DNA of 32,000 nucleotides from Thermoproteus tenax Kra 1 (GTDB lineage: Archaea > Thermoproteota > Thermoprotei > Thermoproteales > Thermoproteaceae): positions 150,001 to 182,000 of the forward strand of contig NC_016070.1 of assembly GCF_000253055.1 (NCBI RefSeq). The letters run 5' to 3'. Both the position numbers and the translations under genes were made by a program. Below the pieces are notes generated by a model. That model had not been told where the DNA came from. It worked only from the letters and a program-made list of their open reading frames with translations, and ran no database searches. Each line of letters opens with the position of its first letter. The first letter of the stretch is position 1. This document shows positions 17,366 to 26,829 of this stretch, piece after piece.

Positions 17366-17850
17366 TAGGACTTTATGCGGACAAAGTCATAAAGACGGAC
17401 CTCCCCCTACTTGTCCCCTTCTGCGAGGCGCCGAGGCCAAACGTCGTGCCCTATGTGGACGAGGACTTGGGCTGTCTGATGAGGGCGCTCCGGACCGCGT
17501 ATATGGCCGTAGCCGTCAGAACACAGAACAAGGTATTGGTCAAGATCGCGGAGGAGATGAGGCCAGATCTCTTGATATTGGTCGATGGACTGCGTATATA
17601 TACGAGGAGGATAAGGCCGCTGTTGAGACCCGGGCAGCACAGCAGAGGATATTTCGTAGTGGCGGACAGATCCGAGCTGTCGGAGCTGGATAAAGACCAG
17701 GCCGAGGGAGTTTTCCTGAACTACGAGGCGTTCCCGCAGGAGTGGGTCCAAGCCGCTGTGTCCGGCTCCCTTAAGTGCAGCCGGTGCAATAGGTGTGGCC
17801 CCCTCGATCTGTTGCTCTGCGATTCATACAGAGAGCTCGAGGTGATATAA
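17362..17850 (+). CDS. Hypothetical protein with C-terminal cysteine cluster
   Basis: Translationally overlaps TBP; ends '...GSLKCSRCNRCGPLDLLLCDSYRELEVI'. Confidence 0.65.
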   Translation: MIGLYADKVIKTDLPLLVPFCEAPRPNVVPYVDEDLGCLMRALRTAYMAVAVRTQNKVLVKIAEEMRPDLLILVDGLRIYTRRIRPLLRPGQHSRGYFVVADRSELSELDKDQAEGVFLNYEAFPQEWVQAAVSGSLKCSRCNRCGPLDLLLCDSYRELEVI

Positions 17851-17864
17851 AGGCGCCGGCGGAC

Positions 17865-18272
17865 ATGGTCGCTCCAAAGACCAAGGGGGCCTCCAAGGAG
17901 AGGTCGGTGGCCAATCTGTTGTGGGAGAAGGGATGCGCCGTCTTGAGAGGGTGTTCCTCGGGCGGCGGCGTAAGGAAGAGGTTTGTGCCCGACATAGTCG
18001 CCATATGTAACGGCAAAGTGTTAGTTATGGAGCTGAAATACAGAGCCAAGAGGACGACGGTGAGGATAGAGGCCGAGAAAGTCCAAGGTCTTCTGGAGTT
18101 CGCGGCTAGATCCGGCGGTAGAGCCTTCGTATTGGTTAAGTTCGGCAGAGATCAGTGGAGGGTCTTCGAAGTGGCGGAGGGGGCCGACGTGAGCATAAAC
18201 GGTGAGGCCTACGACAGAGCGCCCACGTTGGACCATTTATTAGCGTCAATTTTCAATAGACAGCTCGTATGA
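17865..18272 (+). CDS. hjc: Holliday junction resolvase Hjc
   Basis: 'KERSVANLLWEKGCAVLRGCSSGGGVRKRFVPDIVAICNGKVLVMELKYRAK' (ExD-x-ExK archaeal resolvase fold motif). In-frame ATG 17865 preferred over the 17793 start. Confidence 0.9.
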   Translation: MVAPKTKGASKERSVANLLWEKGCAVLRGCSSGGGVRKRFVPDIVAICNGKVLVMELKYRAKRTTVRIEAEKVQGLLEFAARSGGRAFVLVKFGRDQWRVFEVAEGADVSINGEAYDRAPTLDHLLASIFNRQLV

Positions 18273-18514
18273 GCGAGGAGAAGGCCAAGGCGTTGCTCCA
18301 GCTGGTGAAACAGAAGGCGAGGGATCCTCTGAAATACGCAAAACTTATCTATGACCCAAAGATGAAGGTGTACAGACTGAAGCTCGTGTTATTGAGGCCT
18401 ATGTCGTTCCGTACACTTCAGGAGATCGCGCAGGCCGCCGAGGGGGCTGGCTTCGAGGTCCAGATCTACGCGCCCCACGCCAGAGCGTTGAGGCTCGACT
18501 TAAAGCCCCGCTGA
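18269..18514 (+). CDS. Small hypothetical protein
   Basis: 81-aa ORF overlapping the hjc stop. Confidence 0.6.
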   Translation: MSEEKAKALLQLVKQKARDPLKYAKLIYDPKMKVYRLKLVLLRPMSFRTLQEIAQAAEGAGFEVQIYAPHARALRLDLKPR

Positions 18515-18557
18515 TGGGAGGACAGAAAGACTTTAAATTTGGAAATATAATGGCGAT

Positions 18558-19241
18558 ATGAAGATCAAATGGTTCGGCCACGCCTTCTTCATGGTGGAGA
18601 CCCAGTCCATGAGGATACTCGTGGACCCGTGGGTTACCCACCCTCTCTCGCCCGCCTCCATTGACGAAGTCGTCAATCTAAAGCCCAAGTACATCCTGAT
18701 AACCCACGACCATATGGACCACTTGGGAGAGTCTGTGGAGATAGCCAAGAGGACCGGCGCAACTATCGTGGGCACCTTCGAGCTATCGCTAGAGATAGCC
18801 GAGAAGGGAGTCCCGGAGGCCCAGACCTTGGGCATGAATATAGGCGGAAGCCTCAAGTTGGGCGACGGCGTCGAGATCTATATGACGCAAGCGTTCCACA
18901 CGGCAAACAGAGGAGCTCCGTCAGGCTTCGTCATTATGACGCCCGAGGGGACGGTGTATCACGCCGGCGACACGGGGGTCTTCGGAGACATGGAGCTCAT
19001 CGGAAGGATGTTTAACTTGGACGTGGCCCTCTTGCCCATAGGAGGCTTCTACACTATGGGGCCGAGGGAGGCCACCTGGGCGGTGCAGCTTCTGCGGGCC
19101 AAGTCGGTGGTGCCGATGCACTACAACACATTCCCCGTGATCAAACAAGATCCAGAGGACTTCAAGAGCAGAGTGGAGGCCGTTGTTGGAGCCAAAGTCT
19201 ACGTCATGAAGCCTGGCGAGGAGCTCAACATTAAGGCTTAA
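18558..19241 (+). CDS. UPF0173-type metallo-beta-lactamase-fold hydrolase
   Basis: MKIKWFGHAFFMVETQSMRILVDPW, THDHMDHLG, YHAGDTG, MHYNTFPVI. Confidence 0.92.
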   Translation: MKIKWFGHAFFMVETQSMRILVDPWVTHPLSPASIDEVVNLKPKYILITHDHMDHLGESVEIAKRTGATIVGTFELSLEIAEKGVPEAQTLGMNIGGSLKLGDGVEIYMTQAFHTANRGAPSGFVIMTPEGTVYHAGDTGVFGDMELIGRMFNLDVALLPIGGFYTMGPREATWAVQLLRAKSVVPMHYNTFPVIKQDPEDFKSRVEAVVGAKVYVMKPGEELNIKA

Positions 19242-19264
19242 AAGAGGAGCTCCATCTTGGGCCT

Positions 19265-20626
19265 ATGTCTCTCTCATACGACGTGGTCGTCGTAGGCGCC
19301 GGCACGGCTGGCGCCTATACGGCGTATAACTTGGCCAAGAGGGGGTTCAGAGTTGCCCTATTGGAGTCGAAGAGCGGAGACAAAGTGGGAGTAAAGACGT
19401 GCGGAGACGCCTTGGGGAAACACCACGTGGATAGAATGGCGAAGTACCTCACCCCGAACCCCAAGATATTAGTCAACGACATAAAGGGCGTGGAGCTCTT
19501 CAGCCCAGACATGAGGACTAAGTACGTGATACCGGGCGAGGGCTATATGTTGGATAGATTCAATTGGGGGAAGTGGCTCGTGAAGGAGGCTATCAACGCA
19601 GGCGCCGAGTTCTACGAGGGCCACACAGCCACAGTGCCCATCTTGGAGAACGGGCAGGTCTCGGGCGTAAAGGCCAACGACAACAGACAGGGGACCCATA
19701 AGGAGTTCAGAGGGAGGATCGTCGTAGACGCCTCGGGCTCTGTGGGCGTCGTCAGATCGCGCCTGCCTGACACGTGGCCGATCTCAGAGAGGCTCCACCC
19801 AGAGGACGTATCTCACGCGTATAGAGAGGTCTTCTATATAGACGGCTCCGTGGAGAACCCTCAGTATATCAAGATATATTTAGATCAGACTATCTCGCCG
19901 GGAGGATATTGGTGGGCCTTCCCATATTCGTCCGACTTCCTCAACGTGGGCTTGGGCGTATGGGGCACTCTGAAGGTGAACCCGAACGCCAACTACAAGA
20001 GGTACCTGGAGCCGCGATACAGGATCAAGAACAAGGTACACATGGGAGGAGGCTTTATACCCACGAGGAGGCCTCTGAAGACCCTCGTCTGGAACGGAAT
20101 TGTCGCCGTCGGCGACGCCGCAGCTGCTGTGAATCCCCTTCACGGCGGAGGCATAGGGCAAGCCCTTTTGACGGGCGAGCTGGCCAGCAAGGCTATAGAG
20201 AGGGCCTTCTCGGCCGGGAGGTACGACGCAGCGACTCTGTGGAGCTACAACGTGGACTATATGAACGAGTGGGGCTATAGACAAGCCCAGTTGGACGTGG
20301 TCAGACTGATGCTCCAGACGTTGGACAACGACGACCTCAACTTCGGCCTTTCGAGGAAGCTGTTGACGGAGCAGGACGTGTTGGATATATCCTCGAGGGG
20401 CGTCACTCTGTCTGTTGTAGACAAGTTGAGGCTTGCGCTCCAGTTTGTCGGCAGACCGGGCTTGCTCATGAAGCTCTACAACGCCATGAGCTACGCCAAG
20501 AGGATCGGCGATTTGTATCTACAGTATCCACAGAGGCCGGAGGAACTAGACAGATGGTACGCCAAAGTGGTAGAGACCTACAGAGAATATAGGGACAAAA
20601 TAGGCCTTGGGCCAATGCCGGCGTGA
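19265..20626 (+). CDS. Geranylgeranyl reductase family flavoprotein (archaeal lipid saturation)
   Basis: 'YDVVVVGAGTAGAYTAYNLAKRGFRVALLE', 'GVKTCGDALG', 'GLGVWG', 'VAVGDAAAAVNPLHGGGIGQALLTGELA'. Confidence 0.9.
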   Translation: MSLSYDVVVVGAGTAGAYTAYNLAKRGFRVALLESKSGDKVGVKTCGDALGKHHVDRMAKYLTPNPKILVNDIKGVELFSPDMRTKYVIPGEGYMLDRFNWGKWLVKEAINAGAEFYEGHTATVPILENGQVSGVKANDNRQGTHKEFRGRIVVDASGSVGVVRSRLPDTWPISERLHPEDVSHAYREVFYIDGSVENPQYIKIYLDQTISPGGYWWAFPYSSDFLNVGLGVWGTLKVNPNANYKRYLEPRYRIKNKVHMGGGFIPTRRPLKTLVWNGIVAVGDAAAAVNPLHGGGIGQALLTGELASKAIERAFSAGRYDAATLWSYNVDYMNEWGYRQAQLDVVRLMLQTLDNDDLNFGLSRKLLTEQDVLDISSRGVTLSVVDKLRLALQFVGRPGLLMKLYNAMSYAKRIGDLYLQYPQRPEELDRWYAKVVETYREYRDKIGLGPMPA

Positions 20627-21183
20627 TCGAGGAGGAGATCGTAGAATATTACAAGCTCCTCTACTTGAGAGGACTCTCAACTCTCCTCAGCGGCAACATA
20701 AGCGTTAGGTCGGGCGACCTCATCCTCATAACTCCCACCAGCCTCCCAAAGCCCCTCTTGAGGCCGGAGGACTTAGTCTATATAGATTTCGAGGGGCGAG
20801 TAGTGAAGGGGACCAGACAGCCCTCCTCCGAGTGGAGGATGCATGCGGCGGTCTATAGGAGGAGGCCTGACGTAGGCGCCATAGTACACGTCCACCCAGT
20901 CCATTCTACTCTGCTTGCTGAGAGGATAAAGCCGGACCTATTCCTCGAGGGAGATATATATATCGGCGGCCCTCTGGCGGTTGTCCCGCCGCTTCAGCCC
21001 GGCACTTGGGAGCTGGCCGAGGCGGTGGCCGACGCTCTAGCCAGAGCCAACGTCGCCGTGCTTAAAAAACACGGCGTTGTCGCAGTGGGGAGGAGCTTGG
21101 CGGAGGCCGTCAATAGAGTTGAGGTCGTGGAGGATCTGGCCAAGGCCACTCTGATCAACCTATGGATAAACAGCGGCATCTGA
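20623..21183 (+). CDS. Class II aldolase/adducin family protein
   Basis: 'STLLSGNISVRSGDLILITPTSLPKPLL', 'SSEWRMHAAVYRRRPDVGAIVHVHPVHS'. Confidence 0.88.
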   Translation: MIEEEIVEYYKLLYLRGLSTLLSGNISVRSGDLILITPTSLPKPLLRPEDLVYIDFEGRVVKGTRQPSSEWRMHAAVYRRRPDVGAIVHVHPVHSTLLAERIKPDLFLEGDIYIGGPLAVVPPLQPGTWELAEAVADALARANVAVLKKHGVVAVGRSLAEAVNRVEVVEDLAKATLINLWINSGI

Positions 21184-21800
21184 TAGTCGGCTATCTGCTC
21201 GCGCTGGCCAGGACTGAGGGCGAGGGCATCTCCGAGGCCGCCAGAGCCCTCGGTCTGTCGAGACAAGGCCTCCACAAGGCGTTGAGGAAGTTGAGGGAGT
21301 TGGGCTACGTCGAGGAAGGCCCCGAGATAAGGCTGAGCGAGAGGGGGAGGGAGCTCCTCAGAGAGGCTCTGAGGGACTTGATGGAGTATTTCGGCGTGTC
21401 CACTATACGGCTCTACGGATACGTGGCGAGGGGGCTCGGCGAGGGGGCCTTCTATGTATCTCTGGAGGGCTATAGAAGACAGATAGAGGAAAAGCTGGGC
21501 TTCACGCCGTATCCAGGGACTCTCAACGTAGTCCTGGCGCCCGACGCGTTGCCCTACAGGAGATACCTCGAGGCCCTCCCAGGGGTCTTGCTCAAGGGCT
21601 TTTCAGACGGCGTTAGAACCTATGGGAACGTCAAGGCCTTTAAATGCACAATATTCGATATGGACTGCGCCGTCTTAGTCATAGAGAGGACCCACCACGG
21701 CCCCGAGGTCGTTGAAGTGATAGCCCCTGTCAAGCTGAGGGACGTCTACGGCTTGAAGGACGGCGACCCTGTGTCCATAGAGGTCAAATTAATTAGTTAG
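21162..21800 (+). CDS. ribK: CTP-dependent riboflavin kinase with N-terminal HTH
   Basis: 'GYVARGLGEGAFYVSLEGYRRQIEEKLGFTPYPGTLNVVL' motif; N-terminal MarR-like HTH. Confidence 0.88.
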   Translation: MDKQRHLIVGYLLALARTEGEGISEAARALGLSRQGLHKALRKLRELGYVEEGPEIRLSERGRELLREALRDLMEYFGVSTIRLYGYVARGLGEGAFYVSLEGYRRQIEEKLGFTPYPGTLNVVLAPDALPYRRYLEALPGVLLKGFSDGVRTYGNVKAFKCTIFDMDCAVLVIERTHHGPEVVEVIAPVKLRDVYGLKDGDPVSIEVKLIS

Positions 21801-21811
21801 AAACTAGTGCC

Positions 21812-23173
21812 ATGTCCACAGAGATAGGCCTAGTGGTCAGCGGGGCCTCGATATCCTCTATACCGGTCCAGATCTATAGGCAGGCGGAGCGCCACGCCCA
21901 AGAGGAGCAGATGGTCATCGTCAGAGACGCGGCCGACCCCGAGGTGGCTATACTGGGATTCCTCCGAAGGATCACGAAGCTGGAGCCGATAGTCAGAGAC
22001 AAGGTGAGGACGCCCTACGTCGATAAGCCAGACATGTTGGACTACGGAGTCCTCCTGCCCTATACCACGGCTGTGGTCAAGCCATATGTTGAGCTGGACC
22101 AACGCGGCTCAGTGAGGGAGGTAGAGCACATCCCCACTCCGGGCTCCAAAGTGTATTTGGCCAAGGGCGGCCCGCCCGTCAAGATCTCGCCCCAGAGGGC
22201 CGCCGTCGTGGGGACGCACAAGTACTCGGGGTGGGAGGTGCCGTTGGACCTCGCCTATATATCCCACCATGTCGGCGTCTTTGGAGCAACCGGCATGGGG
22301 AAGTCGAGGCTCGTCCGGGCCCTCTTGGGAGAGCTCGTCAAAACAGGCTCCCGCATCGTCGTCTTCGACCATACGGGCGTAGACTATGCCCCCTTCTACG
22401 AGAACGTAGTGAAGTCCTCCGAGGTCAAAATACCGCCCAACATCTTGGCATCAGTTTTGGCGAAGCTGGCGGATCTGCCGTGGCAGACCTACGGCGAATA
22501 TATCGAGATCGCAACGATGACCTTCGAGGGACAGTGGAGCAGAGACGCCTTCTTGGCGCACGTCAGAAGGACCATGAAGAGGCTGAACGCCCGGGACACC
22601 ACGACGGAGAGAGTCGAGCTCTTCATAAAACAGCTCGTGGATCCCCAGTTTTTCTCAGATCTAAACAAGAGGACCAAGACGCCGGCCGACATCCTTGCGT
22701 CCCGGCCCTACCCAGTCGTAGTGGACTTGAGCTACGACACTGAACTCTCAGTGAAGCAGGCGATAGTCGCCTCAGTGATCGCCGAGGCGTGGGCCGAGGT
22801 GAGGAGGGCGAGGGAGCCGCGCCCTACCGTCTTCGTGATAGACGAGGCGCAGAACTACGCGCCCAGCGAGTGGGCCATCTCAAAGGACCCCATAGAGACG
22901 ACGGCAAGAGAGGGCAGGAAGTGGGGCCTCTCTCTGATATTGGCAAGCCAGCGCATCGCTGGGGATATAGACCCCTCCATAAGGGCGAACCTCGGGACGG
23001 TCTTCTTCAGCAGGCTCACCGCCCCCACGGACCTAAGGGAGATCGTAGCATACCTCGATTTAGCCGATGTGAACGAGGGCGTGCTCACTCAGCTCCAGCC
23101 CAGGGAGTTCTTCGTCGCAGGCCTGATGAATCCGCTGAGGAAGCCCGTTCTTTTGAAAATCAAGGAGATCTGA
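21812..23173 (+). CDS. HerA-like (FtsK/HerA superfamily, DUF87) ATPase
   Basis: 'HHVGVFGATGMGKSRLVRALLGELV' Walker A, 'TVFVIDEAQNYAPSEW' Walker B, 'LILASQRIAGDIDPSIRANLGT'. Confidence 0.85.
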   Translation: MSTEIGLVVSGASISSIPVQIYRQAERHAQEEQMVIVRDAADPEVAILGFLRRITKLEPIVRDKVRTPYVDKPDMLDYGVLLPYTTAVVKPYVELDQRGSVREVEHIPTPGSKVYLAKGGPPVKISPQRAAVVGTHKYSGWEVPLDLAYISHHVGVFGATGMGKSRLVRALLGELVKTGSRIVVFDHTGVDYAPFYENVVKSSEVKIPPNILASVLAKLADLPWQTYGEYIEIATMTFEGQWSRDAFLAHVRRTMKRLNARDTTTERVELFIKQLVDPQFFSDLNKRTKTPADILASRPYPVVVDLSYDTELSVKQAIVASVIAEAWAEVRRAREPRPTVFVIDEAQNYAPSEWAISKDPIETTAREGRKWGLSLILASQRIAGDIDPSIRANLGTVFFSRLTAPTDLREIVAYLDLADVNEGVLTQLQPREFFVAGLMNPLRKPVLLKIKEI

Positions 23174-23445
23174 GGGACTGTTGGCGCCCGGCCCTACCCG
23201 GGAGCGTATTTTGGCCCCCAGCCTAGGCGACGTCGTGAGGTCTCGTCGTCGGCCAACTGCTACGTCTCTCGGCTGCATGGCGTATAACAAAGATAGAGGG
23301 GATTTCACTGGTTACACATATCTTATGAGATGTAGTTTAAATAGAATTAGTTTATTCTCAAATTTATAAATACTGATGTATATATTGTAGCTCTCTTTTT
23401 AAGATATCGAATGAAAGAAAAAAGCTGGACAATTCAATACTATAC

Positions 23446-24267
23446 GTGAACGCAAAAAAGATAGCATTAATATTAATCTTGGTTTTAGTCGGCAGCACGT
23501 TGGGTGCCGTCGTTGCGGAAAACAATGTGCACCTCGTTGTGGTGAAGGGCGGCGGAGAGGTGAATTCGAGCTGTATCGGGAACTGTCTGATTGTAGAGGC
23601 CGTGCGCTCAGCTCTTAAGAAGCCTCCATACCCAATAGTGAACAAGTCGATATTCCCGGGTACGTTAGTGACGTTTGAGATGCCCAGAGGCTCCCAGTAT
23701 AAGTATGTATCGCTCGTGGTCAACAAAAGCGCAATATATGTGTACCAGTTCAACAGCCCGAGGGACTATAGACTCTACGCGATTGTAGATAAGCCGCAGA
23801 GGACTGTCGAGACTGAGATCGTCTACAAAGAGGGCAATTATACATATTCTGCTGAACTCGTCCTTGCGCTTTACGAAGTTCCGATACCCGGCGGCGATGC
23901 CGTACCGGTCCCCCACCTCAGTTATTCTGTACCGTCCTACACGGGCGACCGCTTGACAACTAACACGACTGCTGCCGGCTGGTTTTACATAAATCCAAGC
24001 ATCGCTGTGGTGGGTTTGATTCCCGACGGCTCGGCCTACGCTAATCCGCCGATGGCGTTGTGTACATCAAATGAGGAGGTTGGCGGGGTTGGAACCTTCG
24101 CGGCGTATACCTATGTACGCGCCCGCTATGCATTATTGGATTGCCCAGTGACTACGGCGATATTCACCTGGCCTTCGGTGGGCATGGACGCCAACGGCAA
24201 TGTTTACTATCCAACCTCGATACCGGCCACGAAGTTTGTAACGTTTGCGTGCGGGTGTTCTGGGTAG
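23446..24267 (+). CDS. Putative secreted/surface protein of unknown function
   Basis: N-terminal signal-like 'MNAKKIALILILVLVGSTLGAVVAEN'; Thr/Tyr/Ser-rich beta-like body; C-terminal 'CGCSG*'. Codon usage more AT-rich than its neighbours. Confidence 0.6.
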   Translation: MNAKKIALILILVLVGSTLGAVVAENNVHLVVVKGGGEVNSSCIGNCLIVEAVRSALKKPPYPIVNKSIFPGTLVTFEMPRGSQYKYVSLVVNKSAIYVYQFNSPRDYRLYAIVDKPQRTVETEIVYKEGNYTYSAELVLALYEVPIPGGDAVPVPHLSYSVPSYTGDRLTTNTTAAGWFYINPSIAVVGLIPDGSAYANPPMALCTSNEEVGGVGTFAAYTYVRARYALLDCPVTTAIFTWPSVGMDANGNVYYPTSIPATKFVTFACGCSG

Positions 24268-24414
24268 GCTTCATACCCCCGATTAGTATAGGGGAAGGCG
24301 GTTAAAATAACGGAAAAACCAAACCTTTTTCAAAGAACCTCTGTTTATCCTTTTAATCGCCTGTGCAACCCGGTTGAGCTCTGAATACTGCAACGCCCCC
24401 TCTGCAACCACGCA

Positions 24415-24643
<229 letters not shown>

Positions 24644-24686
24644 CGCTGAGGGATATAGAGTTTAAATAATCGCGCATGGGAAATGT

Positions 24687-24860
24687 GTGAGTTTTCTTCT
24701 GGAAGAACTCGAGGGCTTTTCTGCGAGCGGCTAGGAGGGACCTTGAGGATGGTTTATGGAATCTCGCCGTGTTTCATGCAGAGCAGGCGCTTCAGCAGGA
24801 AGAACCCGGGCGGGGGGTTGAAGGTCGCCGCCGGCGTGTGTCACGTGGGCTGCAAGGTTA
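24687..24860 (+). pseudogene. Frameshifted HEPN-domain gene remnant
   Basis: GTG at 24687 gives VSFLLEELEGFSASG*; +1 frame from 24718 gives FLRAARRDLEDGLWNLAVFHAEQALQQEE, matching the archaeal HEPN N-terminal pattern. TATA-like TTTAAATA at 24661 is ~26 nt upstream of the GTG. Confidence 0.65.
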
Positions 24861-24917
24861 GATGGTTAAGGGTTTATCTCAGGAAAAAGCATATTAAGTA
24901 TTACGAATATTATTGCC

Positions 24918-26447
24918 ATGAAGAATCTATATATCGCAGCAATAATTGTAGCAATAGTAATAGTAGGAGTAATTGCGGGAATAATGCTGACAAGAACACC
25001 ACCATCAGTAACAACAACAGTGTCAACTACCACAATAACAACTGTTACCACAATAACAACTGCGCCAACTACTACTACAACAACTGGACCCATAGTATTC
25101 TATACATGGTGGGCTACAACGGGGAAAGTGGCATTAAATCATTTAATTCCAGTATTTGAACAGCAAACGGGGATAACAGTACAACCCTATATAGTTCCAG
25201 GGGCAGGAGGTACTAACGCAAAATATGCAATATTAGCACTAATAGAAGCAGGGAAACCACCAGCAGCCTTCCAAGTACATTTTGGCCCAGAAATGATATC
25301 CTATGTAGAGGCGGCACCCAACAGAATAAACTCCTTCGTAAACATGACGCCATACGCAATGGAGTGGGATCTATTTAACAATGCAGTGTATGAAGTACTA
25401 CAAGCAGGTGCATTTAACGGAACATTACTATCAATACCAGTGAATGTGCACAGAGGTGCTTTATTATACGTTAATGTACAATTGCTAAGGGAATACAACC
25501 TACCATTCCCATATAACTTTAGCACGTTGGTCTACGACACAGTACAACTGGCAAAACATGGAATACACCCATGGATAATACCGGGAGGAGACGGAGGATG
25601 GGATCAATTCAACCTATGGGAGGATATATTCCTGTCCTTAGCGGGACCACAACTATATAATGAGATGATGTATGGAACAATAGACCTAAACAACGCGACA
25701 GTACAAAAATTAATAAATGAAACCAATTACTGGTTCCTAAACTTCACATCCTATGATTATCCAGGGTGGCAATCAATGACATGGACCCAAGGGCTGACGC
25801 TATTAGTACAGGGAAAAGTAGCATTCCAGGCAAACGGGAACTGGCTAACAAACTACGCTTATGACTTCCTAAACGTAACAGCTTATCCACCACTACCCCA
25901 ATACATAAACAACCCGAATGTAACACTAATAGAAGCCCCATTCCCAGGGACGCAGGACTATTACGCGCTAGTAATAGACTCCATTGGGATCCCAGTAGGA
26001 CCGCAAGACCAACAAGCTTTGCAATTTGCCCACTTCTGGTCCTCATATCAAGGACAGGAAATATGGACAAAGTGGAAGGCAGTTACTTATTATAAGAATG
26101 CTACTGATTGGTTTAATACCCCTGCTCAGTGGTACGATTATCAGCAGTTAATCAACGATTCCTCTCGTCCGCAAGACTTCGTTTACCAATTATCGGATGG
26201 TGGAGTTTTCGACGACGTATTTGCCCAAATAGACTCTGGATTACTAACATTACAACAAATAGGACCCGCGGGATTATCAGTATGGAATTCTACACTATAC
26301 TCAGCAATGCATGAAGAAGAACAACAATGGTTGGCTGCCGCAAAACTAGGGCTAGGATACCTGGGATTTCCTGGCCATCCGTTTGCAAACTACTATCCAC
26401 CATGGGTTAAGGACCCATCGAAGTACGGATTAGAACAAACCTCTTAG
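24918..26447 (+). CDS. glcS: Sugar ABC transporter substrate-binding protein (Sulfolobales GlcS-like)
   Basis: Class III-like N-terminal hydrophobic segment, Thr-rich stalk (TTTVSTTTITTVTTITTAPTTTTTTG), 'IVFYTWWATTGKVALNHLIPVFEQQTGI' solute-binding fold; upstream of glcT/U/V homologs. Confidence 0.85.
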   Translation: MKNLYIAAIIVAIVIVGVIAGIMLTRTPPSVTTTVSTTTITTVTTITTAPTTTTTTGPIVFYTWWATTGKVALNHLIPVFEQQTGITVQPYIVPGAGGTNAKYAILALIEAGKPPAAFQVHFGPEMISYVEAAPNRINSFVNMTPYAMEWDLFNNAVYEVLQAGAFNGTLLSIPVNVHRGALLYVNVQLLREYNLPFPYNFSTLVYDTVQLAKHGIHPWIIPGGDGGWDQFNLWEDIFLSLAGPQLYNEMMYGTIDLNNATVQKLINETNYWFLNFTSYDYPGWQSMTWTQGLTLLVQGKVAFQANGNWLTNYAYDFLNVTAYPPLPQYINNPNVTLIEAPFPGTQDYYALVIDSIGIPVGPQDQQALQFAHFWSSYQGQEIWTKWKAVTYYKNATDWFNTPAQWYDYQQLINDSSRPQDFVYQLSDGGVFDDVFAQIDSGLLTLQQIGPAGLSVWNSTLYSAMHEEEQQWLAAAKLGLGYLGFPGHPFANYYPPWVKDPSKYGLEQTS

Positions 26448-26829
26448 TAATAACCGGATCAAATAGTATTCCTCTTTTTTAACTTGAGTAAACTGCCCCG
26501 TGTCTACGATCACGACTTCGATGGCGGCTATTCCGGTATCTTCTGCGGCGAGAGAGACCTTACTTGTGTTGGCGATAACGATGAGTTTTGCATCAATATT
26601 GAACGCATCTACAGCGCAACCAAGGTCGGCGGTCTCTACCTTGTCATACCCTAGTTTTTTCACTCATAGAGTTGTGCGTATTGGGCAGATTGTCGATGCA
26701 CACAAGCTCTACAGGCTCATAAGGGAGAGGGGCTTCTGAAGTTGAAGTCGGAATACGTGACACATGCCGGCGGCGACTTTCAACTCCTCGTCCGGGTAAA
26801 TATATATACCACATAATTTATAATCGATA

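Noticed and set aside
22231-23226. 170-aa and 145-aa ORFs overlapping the HerA-like gene
   Set aside because: Out-of-frame shadow ORFs, Arg/Gly-rich, no motif.
24683-25159. 158-aa ORF 'MCEFSSGRTRGLFCERLGG...NNSNSNSRSNC...' as a novel Asn/Ser-rich protein
   Set aside because: The N-terminal half is an out-of-frame reading of the HEPN-like remnant and the Asn/Ser-rich half is an out-of-frame reading of the glcS Thr-rich stalk.
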